Source: Octopus bimaculoides (taxonomy: Eukaryota). From it: DNA of 53,338 bases. Each line of letters opens with the position of its first letter. Position 1 is the stretch's first letter. Both the position numbers and the translations under genes were made by a program. The notes below the pieces were generated by a model, which was not told the origin of the DNA, ran no database searches, and saw only the letters and a program-made list of their open reading frames with translations. Below are positions 25,685-37,329 of this stretch, one piece after another. The stretch is taken from positions 190,517,549 to 190,570,886 of the forward strand of contig NC_068982.1 in the NCBI RefSeq assembly GCF_001194135.2, in the 5' to 3' direction.

Positions 25685-26357
25685 AAATAAATACAACTCG
25701 TTAAAATGACTGTTCCGCAATGTAACTTTCCGTTTTATAGACAGGAAGGCAACGAAACGGAGGAAATATCTTCATTTCTATGGAAGATCAAATATAAAAT
25801 CACAAATGGCAAAAAGAGAAACAGACACGCAATACAGCGAGAAAAGTATCAAAAATATATATGTATATGCACANNNNNNNNNNNNNNNNNNNNNNNNNNN
25901 NNNNNNNNNNNNNNNNNNNNNNNNNNNNNNNNNNNNNNNNNNNNNNNNNNNNNNNNNNNNNNNNNNNNNNNNNNNNNNNNNNNNNNNNNNNNNNNNNNNN
26001 NNNNNNNNNNNNNNNNNNNNNNNNNNNNNNNNNNNNNNNNNNNNNNNNNNNNNNNNNNNNNNNNNNNNNNNNNNNNNNNNNNNNNNNNNNNNNNNNNNNN
26101 NNNNNNNNNNNNNNNNNNNNNNNNNNNNNNNNNNNNNNNNNNNNNNNNNNNNNNNNNNNNNNNNNNNNNNNNNNNNNNNNNNNNNNNNNNNNNNNNNNNN
26201 NNNNNNNNNNNNNNNNNNNNNNNNNNNNNNNNNNNNNNNNNNNNNNNNNNNNNNNNNNNNNNNNNNNNNNNNNNNNNNNNNNNNNNNNNNNNNNNNNNNN
26301 NNNNNNNNNNNNNNNNNNNNNNNNNNNNNNNNNNNNNNNNNNNNNNNNNNNNNNNNN

Positions 26358-26393
<36 letters not shown>

Positions 26394-26529
26394 CGTGTGT
26401 GTGTGTATTTACTAATATCGAAGAGTGAGAGTGAGTGCGAAACACTTCATTGGTGGATAAATATTCTTTATTTTGGGATTAACAAGGCTACCAATGGTTT
26501 TATGTGAAGAGGAATTTCGTAACAAATAT

Positions 26530-26830
26530 AAGACCTACTCCTTGAGAACGTTGGTGCTCGTCTCTACTTTGGATGAGAAGACAACATTTGGTAGAGGCAA
26601 AATATATGAAAGGAAACCTATGATGCATGGCTCCGAACTTTTGACGTAAGGCAATGCCCGAGCTTCATGAAATTTGATTCTCCTGAATGAAACAGCGTCG
26701 GGGATATGGGGCTATTATTCTTTTGGGGTTAGAACCGAACAGAGTACGGTAGCGCGTCCGGGGTTGGCGTCTTGCAATGAAAGGTAATACAAGATTCAAA
26801 TTTGAACAAGAAATAACAGTTATTTGTGGC
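26530..26830 (+). mobile_element. Highly decayed RTE-like LINE fragment
   Basis: MMHGSE and NETA remnants resembling the RTE thumb region (LYGSETW..E). Confidence 0.3.
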
Positions 26831-27027
26831 CATGAATTTGAAGGTTTGCGTTAGAGAGGGTTACCACTCCAATAATGACCATCTCTGATGGAAGCAAACA
26901 GAATCATACATGTATGTATGTATGTATGTATGTATTTATGTATGTGTCTATATATCTATCCATGTATCAATCTATCTATGTATCTCTCTATCTAAATATC
27001 TGTCTATCTGTCTGTCTATTTGCAGTT

Positions 27028-27315
27028 ACTCTCTCCAGATTACAAGTTCAGGTTTATACTTGTACTTATTGGGGCCCTGGGATATGCAACACACTGCCTA
27101 AATACCAATCTTGAGAAATTAGGCTTCTCAAAACCAGAAAGGAGAAAGCTAATTCGAAGACTACAGATCCAATCCATCAGTGGAACTGTAAAATCTGTAA
27201 AACTTTCCAGAAGTTCATCATTTAAATATATATGAGCATATTTAGATTTGCAAGTATATACATGAGAAGACAAACATAAAACATACAAACCTACACCTAT
27301 ACATACATACATACA

Positions 27316-27349
<34 letters not shown>

Positions 27350-27475
27350 CATACATATATACATACATACAAAAATACCCTGTTGTTGATGTTGAAATTC
27401 CAATGAAGAAATCTTGGATCTAGGTTAGAAACCGGTTCTTTTTCTAGTGGCAAGAAATCTTGAAATAAACTGAAT
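27028..27475 (+). mobile_element. 3' end of an RLE-type LINE with (CATA)n-containing UTR
   Basis: DYKFRFILVLIGALGY..LEKLGFSKPERRKLIRRLQIQSISGTVK. Same family in the opposite orientation at 52480-52790. Confidence 0.8.
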
Positions 27476-27854
27476 AATGACATACATAGATATAGATGTG
27501 TTTATATATATAAGTAGAGTTAGCGGTTAGAATAACCGTCAAAGGGATAAGAATATCCGTTATTACTACCGGTTTAAATTACCTATGTTAACCCTGGGCA
27601 GGATATGCAAGCATACTATGCTCGTAGGATACAAGCAATAACAGAACAAAAAAGAGTTTATCAGGAATCAAAATTAAAATGAGCAGAAAACGGTGGAAAC
27701 TTGTATATATGTCTAAATTTAATTAGAGGTTAAAATAGCATCATTAAGGGATAACAATATCCAATAAATTACTGGTTCCTTGCCTAGTATTTTTTGTGAA
27801 TCTTAGTTTATAAATATTCAAAAGAAAATTTAGAAAATGGAGATGCGCCGTACG

Positions 27855-28571
27855 TTAGAGCTGACAACAGTGTTAAAACGGTAACCTTTGAGCTGCATGT
27901 TCATCTTGGAAAAAAGATGGAAGTCCGCAGTTGCTAAATCTGGCGAATAAGGTGATTGCGGAAGCGACACCATGTTGTTTTTGACGAGAAACTCACGAGT
28001 GAGGAGAGGACAGTGACAGGTCGCGTCGTCGTCGTGAAGAACCGAGACGATAGGGTCGCCTGCTGCACGGACCCATGCAATAGACCAACAGCATCAGGGA
28101 CGTTGTTAATTGTCCTCCGACGATCCGCATGCATACGCTGATGAATTTCCTCTGTATTTCTGGGGTTGACGACGTTCGTGGCAGTTATTCTAGATCTCTC
28201 ATCGTCTTCCGGGGACGTTCGTCCGCTATTGAAAGGTCCGTGCCTTTGAAACATTGCGTACGACCCATTGCCTTATCGCTGTAAGCTTGTCGAGGCATGC
28301 GCAATGTCTCCGAAGCAGACTTCACAAGTTTAATGCAAAATTTCACGTTGGCTCTTTGCTCCAATTTCCTGTCCATCACAAAAATCGCAAACTACAGCAT
28401 ACACGCGATCACAACACAACAAATTTCACAACTTGCAAAGTAAACACATCGATGTCACTCGGTACACTGTCTCACGAAGGTCACTGCTGGCTCTCACTGC
28501 GCATGCAACCGTGTGCCGCCATCTGTTGGCACGCGACAGAACTAGTCCGGGAGCTTTTCGATACCACCTCG
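27855..28571 (-). mobile_element. Internally deleted mariner
   Basis: 5' end TA|CGAGGTGGTATCGAAAAGCTCCCGG. MDRKLEQRANVKFCIKL N-terminus joined near 28060 to LHDDDATCH..PQSPYSPDLATADFHLF. Confidence 0.85.
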
Positions 28572-29039
28572 TATGTTCTTTTTCCGAAGATAATATATAT
28601 GCTCTGCGAAAGAAGTAGATGTGCTATGATTTTCGTATTTAAAATAGTTTAAATGCCCAGATGTTTGAAATTAACCATAGCTCCAACATAAGTCTTGGGA
28701 GAGTTTTGGAGCGTCCTTAATAAACTATTCTAGAAACATCTGTAAGAGATTCTATATCTAAATTAAACGTCTCTTTTGAGTAATGCCAAATGTTTTGCTT
28801 TTTCGTTTTTATTTTCATCTCTGTCTACCAGCTCAAGGAGAATTCACTTCTAGCCGCCTCTGACAGGAAGTCTCAATATCAAACCCTCAGTTACAGTTCA
28901 AGCCGGAGTATTAGTATTAGTAGAAAACCAAGCTGAACACTCATATTATATACCTATTACATTACGTCAGTTGACGAAAACTCACGGTATATTCTCCCTC
29001 TCACTTGCTTTCTCTCTCACTTTGTCCCTCTCTACCATT

Positions 29040-29465
29040 CGTGCAGATCAGTTACGATTCGGTTCAGTCCATTATCACTGAAGATTTGGGTACGAGACGC
29101 GGGTATGTTAAGTTTGTGCCAAAACTGATTTCAGCTGGACAAAAAGACATTCGGGTTTCAGTTGCACAAAATCTCCTTGATTGTGTCAAGAACGATGAAA
29201 ACTTTTTGAAAACTTTGCGTAAACCTCTGAGCAGGTATCGCCAAGCTTTTATCAAAATTCGATGCAGATTCTCTGCTCAGCTTTCTCTGTCTACTCCCTA
29301 TCCTTCGAAATATTGCTGTAAACAGCAGAAGTGAGATAGAACCTTAAAACTTAGTGCACATGCACAACAGAGTTTGAGGTCAATCTCTGCCAAGCAGCTT
29401 TACCCTGCGTGCTTTAGCTTCGTTACTATGGCAACAGCCCGGATACTTATTGATCAAACCACTCG
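29040..29465. mobile_element. Rearranged mariner: 5' end and N-terminus on minus strand, middle segment inverted on plus strand
   Basis: Minus: cgagtggtttgatcaataagtatccggg TIR-like end, then EQRICIEF**KLGDTCSEVYAK. Plus: SYDSVQSIITEDLG..KFVPKL..VAQNLLDCVKNDENFLKT. Confidence 0.8.
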
Positions 29466-29470
29466 TGCGC

Positions 29471-29517
<47 letters not shown>

Positions 29518-29754
29518 ATGTAGGGGAATGGACAATGACAGCTCAATGTATGCTATGAATGTTTCAATAGGATGGTAATTTATTTGCAATCATTATATTA
29601 CGTAAACCAAAAACGCCACGCATCTATTCAGGCATTGTAGAATAATCAGTTTCAAACACATACATACATACATACATAACATACATACATGCATACATAC
29701 AGCAATCTTTTAAGGTCAGCAGTCATCATTTTCTTTTGTGAATGCTAATAGTTT

Positions 29755-29793
29755 CTCTGTTGCTACTGTTGCTGTTGTTGTTGTTGTTGTTGC

Positions 29794-29833
<40 letters not shown>

Positions 29834-29878
29834 GCTGTTGTTGTTGTTGTTGTTGTTGTTGTTACTATTGTTGTTTGG
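29755..29878. repeat. (TTG)n/(CTG) imperfect trinucleotide array
   Basis: Directly visible. Confidence 0.95.
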
Positions 29879-30447
29879 CCCGCCGGTTAGAATTGATTGG
29901 TGATTATCAAAGAATTCCAATAACAGCCAATAAGTCTAACTTTTCTTTTCCAGACATTGTGTGTATCTTGGAGTATCAGTTACTGTGATCTCTATTTTTT
30001 ATACTCGTAGGAAGGGATTTGAGGGTAACTTAGCTGCTATTTCAATCAGGTCACACAATTACGTAGAGGTTTCCCCGACTCAGTTTCCGCCCATTGTTAA
30101 TAACGTTGTGTTAGTACTCACGCAAGCATTGTTTCATACAGGTAGCGTCCCTAAGCAATTTACTTCCATTACTATTTTGCCACACGAACTTATCAATGTG
30201 AGTTATACTTCCTCGCCAGGATCAGGGATGGTCATATCTACTTCATGTTTATATACTTATACTCTTTAATTTGGTCTGTTTTGTTCTGCAGATGAGGACC
30301 AATAAGGATGAAACTTATCCTAAGGAACCATCTTGTTTGTCGAAGTTCACATTAAATTATTTATCATTGCTCTTCCAATTAACGTTTTAGACATCATTCT
30401 GTAGCTTCATTTTCATTAATTATCATTACTAAGCCCATTAAATATTG

Positions 30448-30533
30448 TTGTGTCTTGGGAGGGTCATTACGCCATCGATAATAAACACACGCACTACTTA
30501 TCATCGTTGGCGTAATGACCCTTCCAGACACAA
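30448..30533. ncRNA. Pre-miRNA-like hairpin (candidate)
   Basis: About 36-bp stem (1 bulge, 1 G-U, 2 mismatches) with a 13-nt loop, in non-simple sequence. Confidence 0.35.
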
Positions 30534-30774
30534 GACTTGTTTCAGCACACGAATTCGCTTTCAAGGGTCTTGCAAACCAAATATAGAAACTCATTAAATA
30601 TATTATTAATCACTTATCTAAGACATGCTTAGTTAATTGGTTCCAGTTAAATGGTTCCTGCCACGCTGCTATATCACTGCTTTTAAAAACAACCATAACA
30701 ACAAAAACAAAATCACGGTTTAATCTCAGACTCCAAATCCTAATTTATTATAAGCTGCATTGTAGGCACGAGTT

Positions 30775-30990
30775 CTAGTCGTCAGGTTGTTGTGTATACA
30801 ATTGCAAGGTCGTGGGTTCGATTCATGGAATAGGTGGTGCATTGCGTTCTTGAGGAAAGCACTTCGTTTTATGTTGGTCCAGTCCACTCAACTGTAAATG
30901 GCTAAACCTGGGTCCCGTTTAGGGGGAAACGTTGTGATCTCGATCACTTCTGCACTATGGAAACTGGGTAACTGGTCCTTAGGGTCGTGC
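30775..30990 (+). mobile_element. SINE family C, decayed
   Basis: gtcgtgggttcgattc B-box; ttgcgttcttgaggaaagcacttcgttttatgttggtccagtccactcaactgtaaatgg. Confidence 0.65.
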
Positions 30991-31164
30991 GACTCCAGAG
31001 AATAATATATCCAGGGTGGTGGTTGAGGAGGAGATGAGGGCAACGATGGCGGCTACGGCGACGACGGCGACGGCGGCGGCAGCTATGATGATGATGGTGA
31101 TGATGATGATGATATAAACTTGCGTTATGATTTTCAAAAATTAAACGATTTTACATTTGTCCAC

Positions 31165-31250
31165 GTGGAGGCACACGGCCTAGTGGTCAGAGCAGCAGAC
31201 TGGCGGTCGGGGGATCGCAGGTTCAAATCTCAAACCGGAAGCGTTCTCTG
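31165..31250 (+). mobile_element. Isolated tRNA-like SINE head
   Basis: ggaggcacacggcctagtggtcagagcagc (A-box) ... caggttcaaatct (B-box). No intact cloverleaf. Confidence 0.6.
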
Positions 31251-31264
31251 GAATAAACCCATTG

Positions 31265-31836
31265 TAGTTCAGGTTTCCGCCGCTAGAATCCACTTCATTC
31301 GACAGATATCTTTGAGTGTGGTCGCACTGCTACGTAGTGCATCTTGGTTTTGAAGTGCTCCTCCCCTGTTCGCCGATTTTTGCAATGGTCGAAACAAAGG
31401 AAGAGCGTGCTTCCGTGTAATTCTGTTTTCTTCTGGGGAAAATAGCGTCGAAACAGTTGTCATGCTTCTAGCAGCTTACAAGGACGCTGCCATGAGCAAA
31501 ACACAAGTTTACAAATGATTTTCACGTTTTAGGAATAGTCACTTGTCGCTTGAAGACCAATCTCATTCAGGGTGTCTGTCGACCTCCTGAACGAATGCAA
31601 ACATCATTAAAATTCATGAACTGATCTTGGGGAACCATCAGTGAACAATTGACAAACTTGTTGATACGACTGGTATGTCTCGGAGCTCCTGCGAGGAATT
31701 GCGAATGAAAAGAGTTGCAACAAAATTTGTGTCCCACTTGCTCATGGAAGATCAAAAGCAGTCATGACTGAACGCGTGTCTTGAACTGAAAGAACAGCTG
31801 GAAGTTGATCCGGACCTTTTCCCGAAGGTCATCATT
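31265..31836 (+). mobile_element. Mariner 5' half (DNA-binding region), decayed
   Basis: ATG at 31385: MVETKEERASV*FCFLLGK..MSKTQVYK*FSRFRN..KRVATKFVSHLL..LEVDPDLFPKVII. Stops just before the first catalytic Asp. Confidence 0.82.
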
Positions 31837-32427
31837 CCGTTTATAAAGCGAATCACAGATGGAAATGCGATCCAAAAGATTCTTCTCACTCAACTCATGT
31901 GGTACCCAAACATCGTAGCGATTTCTGTACCCAAGCTTTACCAGGTGCTCATGAATGACGGATTTTGATAGGTTGAGGCTTTGTGCCAATTCTTGGGTTG
32001 TGCAATGCGGGTTATTCTCAATTAATGACTTGATTTGGTCACCATCTGTAGTGGATGGTCTGCCTGATCGCTCTTTGTCAATAAGGCTACAATCTCCAAC
32101 TCGGAACCTTGCGAACCATTTCCGTACAGTTCATTCGGATAAAGAAACATCACCGTAAACTGCGCATATTTCTTTGGTTGCTGGTGAGGCATTTTCCCAT
32201 TTATGGAAAAAGAAAAGCATCAAGTGCCGAAAAGGAACTTTCTTATCTTCCATTTTAAAGAGTTAACACAGGTTATAGGAACATAAACCTTCTTCCACGA
32301 AAAGATAGCTTATACTGTGCTCTAAATGGAGGTGTAGTCAAATCCTATTTTATGGACTCAACCATGTTCTAAAATAAGTCGAAAGGTAAGCTACTATAAA
32401 TCGGCACGAACTTTCCGTACAACCCAA
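31832..32427 (-). mobile_element. Mariner 5' half of a different (mellifera-like) family with intact 5' TIR
   Basis: TA|TTGGGTTGTACGGAAAGTTCGTGCCGATTT. MEDKKVPFRHLMLFFF..VRKWFARFR..RSGRP..WVPHELSEKNLLDRISICDSLYKR. Confidence 0.9.
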
Positions 32428-32610
32428 TAATTTTTTTTTTCAGCTCATCGTTCTTCGATAAAAGAAAAATATCCGCAACGTTCCGTCTCAGTAAACCACT
32501 ATTTTTCCTAAAAGTCTTTTTTTTATATGTATATTCACCACGGCTTGCTCGAAATTAACTTTCTTCCTACACCTCGACCCTGAATCTTACATATATATGT
32601 GTGTATATAT

Positions 32611-32661
<51 letters not shown>

Positions 32662-33107
32662 CATACATACATACATAGATAGATATGCGTATATATATAT
32701 ATACAGTCTGTTAAAGTCTGTCATACCGGCCATGATGAAATACCACAAGGTATAGAAAATATGAAATGCCACAAGGTATAGAAAATACATATTCGCCTTT
32801 ATATATTTATATAATCCTTTATATTGAACACTCAATATTTCATCTATTCAATAAGACATATTCCATATATTCAATAAGACATTCAATACTTTATTTCATA
32901 GTACCATCCATTTTTATTTTATATTATATATTGTATATTATATTATATATTGTATATTTCATATTCTATATCCCACATTGGTTTTGCAGGAATATAAATA
33001 AAACATAAAAAACAGACAGTGTTGGAACTCTTTTAAACAAAATAATATATTCCTCTATACACAATCATACAAAAAAACCACCTTTTTTGTATTTATTTTT
33101 ACTCGCA

Positions 33108-33112
<5 letters not shown>

Positions 33113-33187
<75 letters not shown>
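33113..33187. repeat. (TA)n microsatellite
   Basis: About 37 units. Confidence 0.97.
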
Positions 33188-33190
<3 letters not shown>

Positions 33191-33398
33191 TTGTTTCTAA
33201 TATATGTATATTTTCTGGAATTAGGCATATTTATATATTCACAGGTGCATTCAGATTTTCTTTGGTTTCAACCCATGCAGTGAGTTTCTTACATACATAT
33301 ATATATATATACATACATACACGCACACATATATGTATATATGTATGTATACATGCTCGTATGTGTGCGTGTGTGTATTGTGTGTTTGTATGTGTGTG

Positions 33399-33429
<31 letters not shown>

Positions 33430-33863
33430 TTCCTTTGTCTACGGGGAGTTCTACGAAATTTCGTGATGTGCTTAACAATATTGTTTATTGTAATTTATGC
33501 AAATCTGTGAGACCTGATATCTTACCGGTGCTGTTTTTCTATTTTCAACTTGAAAATGTCCAACGTTGACGGAATACATTGACGTATGTCTCTACAAATG
33601 CTTCTACCTGGAAACCAGTGTCTTTCTTCCGTTGATGTTTGGTTAGTAACATAATGCACCGTTGTCTTTCATGGTAATGCGGTCTACATATTGTAACATG
33701 AAATACATTTGGAACGAGAAGGAAGGCAGTCGGTATCGATGGAAGTGTGGGCTGATTCAATACTGCGGGGGGAATCAAAATGAACATTTAATCAAAATGA
33801 TTTTTACTCCTGTAATGAGAAAAAAATATTCTTAAGACGAAGGACGAAAATACGGTGATGATC

Positions 33864-34078
33864 TGACAGAATCGCTAGCATACCGGGAAAAAAGCTTAGC
33901 GGCATTCCGTCCGAATTTTTTATGTTTTGGGTTCAAATTCCGCCGCGGTCGACTTTGTATTTTCATCTTTTCGGGGTTGATAAATTAAGTACCAGTTGAG
34001 TACTGGGGTCGATGTGATCGACTAAATTCCTTACAGCCTCGAAATTTCTGGCCTTGTGCTAACATTTGAAAACAATAT
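33864..34078 (+). mobile_element. SINE family A
   Basis: gacagaatcgctagc..gggttcaaattccgccgcggtcgactttg..ttttcggggttgataaattaagtaccagttgag. Confidence 0.82.
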
Positions 34079-34169
34079 GAATAATAAAAATTTTCTGTTA
34101 AAAAGGTTACAATTTGATGTTTACAGGTGTTATGTCTCAAGCTACTGCTATCTAGCACCGTCAGATGAT

Positions 34170-34428
34170 CTCTACTCAACCACTACACAACTGCTACTCG
34201 ACTGTTACTCAACTGCTACACAACTGCTACTCGACTGCTACTCAACACTCCTACCACAGCCAGACTACCTCTAGNNNNNNNNNNNNNNNNNNNNNNNNNN
34301 NNNNNNNNNNNNNNNNNNNNNNNNNNNNNNNNNNNNNNNNNNNNNNNNNNNNNNNNNNTTACTCAACTGCTACACAACTGCTACTCGACTGCTACTCAAC
34401 ACTCCTACCACAGCCAGACTACCTCTAG
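34170..34428. repeat. Degenerate 11-bp minisatellite (ctgctactcaa-like) spanning a gap
   Basis: Repeated ctgctactcga/ctgctacacaa/ctgttactcaa units; an identical 70-mer lies on both sides of the N-run. Confidence 0.85.
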
Positions 34429-35129
34429 TCTTGGGAGATCCTACTGCTTTGCCTGGGGGCGTCGACACAACAACAGGAAAGAAACGAGGAAGAAGGGAAG
34501 GAATTCCTTAAATCCAACATTCTGGGTGCAGAGGCTACTTGGAGGCCATGGAGTGCTAATGAGGAGATATTTGTGAATTAGGAGTATCTGTACAAAGAGT
34601 ATACAAGACTAGACATCTTGTGTCATCTCTGAGGAGTCAAAAACAGGGAGAGAACGCAGCATGTCAGTGAAACCCGAGTAATTAGCGAAGGGTTCCTTTA
34701 TGCTCGAAGAACTTTTATCATGGTTTCCATTATGCAATGAGCTCTTCCATTTACTAAGACAGTAGGATTCGCTTTGGAAGGGGTTGTCTGTTATTTCTAG
34801 AATGTTGAACGACTACGTAAAGGAACTTACATTCTAATTTTTAATCTTACGGCATATCATATATTTTCTGCTTCTAGAGAGAATGTAACAATTAGATATA
34901 CATTCTTAAGAGGCGAGGAGAGTAGAGCATGGGAGAAGAAATAGAGCACATGAGGAGCTACTGTGATGTAAAGAAAATGAAAGAGAAACGGAGATAGAAG
35001 TAACCATTATTCATACACAGAATCAATAGATACAACAGACGCTGCATTCCTGAGTAAACGAGGGGGAGAGAAACACAGCTTAGTAGAAGCAAATTATCGT
35101 TACAGCAATATGACAGGAAACATTAAAAA

Positions 35130-35400
35130 TAAATATTTTTCTAATAATTTACCTTTCTTTAGAGACAGATATAAAAAGAAAAGAACACCACAAAATTGGC
35201 AGACTACAAGTGGTTATTAAAAGAAAGGTAAATTTGAAATTAAAGGCATAATTTGTGCACAGCAGAGAAGATAAAATCGTAAACAACCTCCATAAAAATA
35301 CAACCTCTTCTTTTAAATGCTAGATCAGAGATAATCGAGAAATGCAGACTCTTGAAGAAGCACCGATTATGCTACAAGGAAGCATCACCTTCAGTCGGTT
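35130..35400 (+). mobile_element. Penelope-like element, GIY-YIG C-terminal remnant
   Basis: NTTKLADYKWLLKER and LNARSEIIEKCR correspond to the PLE motifs STxLSKYIWxLK and LNKRSEIISKCRH. Confidence 0.6.
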
Positions 35401-35483
35401 AAAATTTTATTTGAGCATAGACATCTATTACTTCACCTCGGAATTTCTTTTCTCTTTCTTTTTCCAGCTTTGCACCTTCTATC

Positions 35484-35653
35484 TTTCACCTATTTTATTT
35501 TTACTTTTCCTGTTTTACACCCATCTTTGTACACCTTACCTCCATTATTTTCACCCGAGGCAGGCGGTTCAATTCCTTTAATTTTATCTGATCTTTCGAT
35601 AGGTGTACAAAGATGGGTGTAAAACAGGAAAAGTAAAAATAAAATAGGTGAAA
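35484..35653. repeat. Perfect 53-bp inverted repeat with 64-bp spacer
   Basis: 35484-35536 is the exact reverse complement of 35601-35653. Confidence 0.97.
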
Positions 35654-36174
35654 TAAAATAAGTGGTTCTTCGACATGCTAGAAGTAACAGTTACATCTCT
35701 CACAACTTCTACTCTATCATCTATGATCGTTAATGCACTGATCTCTGTAGGTGGGAAATGGATATGATGGCCACGACTGGAATGTCTTTTTATCATGATT
35801 ATGCTCGATCAGGGATAGCTCTAACTTGCAGCTAAACAACAACTAAAGAAGACTTTATGCAGCAAGACATATTTTTCTAGTAAAATAACAAAAAAAGTAG
35901 AATGGGGGAGGGGTGAAAAATAAAACGTTTCGGGTGTAGTCCTTCTTCAGTGAAAAGTCGACTGGAGAGAAATTGATTAGAGATAGCAGTGTTTTAAATT
36001 TTCTAAATTAAAAAAGCACTATAGCTTAGTGCCCTGAAAGTAAAGAAGTATGAATAAGAGAATGCAGTACTTCTTATACAAAATGCCCCACAATTAGGGG
36101 CGCAAAGCCTTCGTCATGGAAGTGCTCAGGCAGAGTTGACATGAACGAAACAACGGCAACTATAGATATTGAAT

Positions 36175-36390
36175 TCATTCAGATTTTGGCACAAAGCCAG
36201 CAATTGTTCGGGAGGTAAGAAGTTGATTACGTCGACCTCTAATATTCAGCTAGTACTTATTTTATCGATCTCGAAAGGATGAAAGGCAAAGTTAACATCG
36301 GAGGAATTTGAAAACAGAACGTAAAGACGGACGAAATGCCGCTAAACATTTTGACCGGCGTGGTAACAATTCTGCTAACTCACCACCTTA
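36175..36390 (-). mobile_element. SINE family A
   Basis: Reverse complement ggtgagttagcagaattgttaccacgccggtcaaaatgtttagcggcatttcgtccg..ctttcatcctttcgagatcgataaaataagtac. Confidence 0.82.
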
Positions 36391-36881
36391 ACGGAAAGTA
36401 TAAATATTCCAAGCTAAAGAAGAAAGATGGCGTGTTAGCGCTAGTTTTCATGACAATAAGTTTAACAATTGTGATATAAATTTTTAATGATTCAAACAAA
36501 CGGATTTAAGATTTAAGATTATATATTATCAACAACCTGCAACTAAATCAGGCACAGAATAATTTCAGCAGTATTAACGTAAAATGTCGGCGTTCAATAA
36601 AGTGTTACGAAAGAACGAGTCGCATTAAATCATGATTCATTGGAAAGAGCAGAGGCCCTAGCCTGTTGCAAATAGGCAACGGAAAAAACAAACCTCAATG
36701 CAATAATGTATGTTTATTTATTGTTTTTAGCCATTAGTCAGGGAACTAATTTAAGAGAATCAAACCAAAAATGATTTACTGTCCACAGGAGTGAATACCG
36801 ACACAATAAACCTGCAGTGAATATATTTCTGTCACCAAATAGGTATTGATATATGTGTCTCTGTGTGCACAAACACACACA

Positions 36882-36979
<98 letters not shown>

Positions 36980-36989
36980 AATATCAGCA

Positions 36990-37320
36990 TCATCATCATC
37001 ACCATCGTCGTCGTCGTCGTCGTCGTCGTCGTCATCATCATCCTGAAGATCACTTAACTGATGTAGCCAGTCATTGGGGTGCCACCCTCGACGCTTTTCT
37101 AGTCACTCTGTCGTGTGTAGCAGATTCGATGTGTTGCGACCTTTCTTGTCTTTGTTGTTGTCAAACCAAGATATTCTTTGTTTGCCTCTCTTTCGTCCTC
37201 CCCCATCAACTGCGCCCTGAAGAATGGTTTTCGACAGGGAGTTCTGACGGGATACCTAACTGTGCCAGGCAAGCTTCCGTTTTTTTACCTGTGCAAGGAG
37301 TGGTTCCTCTCTGCCAGCAT
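36990..37320 (-). mobile_element. RTE-like LINE 3' end with (GAT/GAC)n tail
   Basis: EEPLLAQVKKRKLAW..GGRKRGKQRISWFDN..DR, typical of the RTE C-terminus, followed by a trinucleotide tail. Confidence 0.78.
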
Positions 37321-37329
37321 ATTTGGTGA

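Noticed and set aside
31165-31250. Possible intact tRNA gene
   Set aside because: A and B boxes are present, but the acceptor and anticodon stems do not pair; it is a SINE head.
33608-33762. 155-nt minus-strand segment with AG/GT boundaries and an open frame (LNQPTLPSIPTAF..DTGFQ)
   Set aside because: Weak donor (GTAGAA), no recognisable domain, and the phase does not match the chitin-binding exon directly.
34205-34428. Identical 70-bp direct repeat flanking an N-run
   Set aside because: Exact identity ending and starting at the gap edges is typical of an unmerged contig overlap; probably an assembly artefact.
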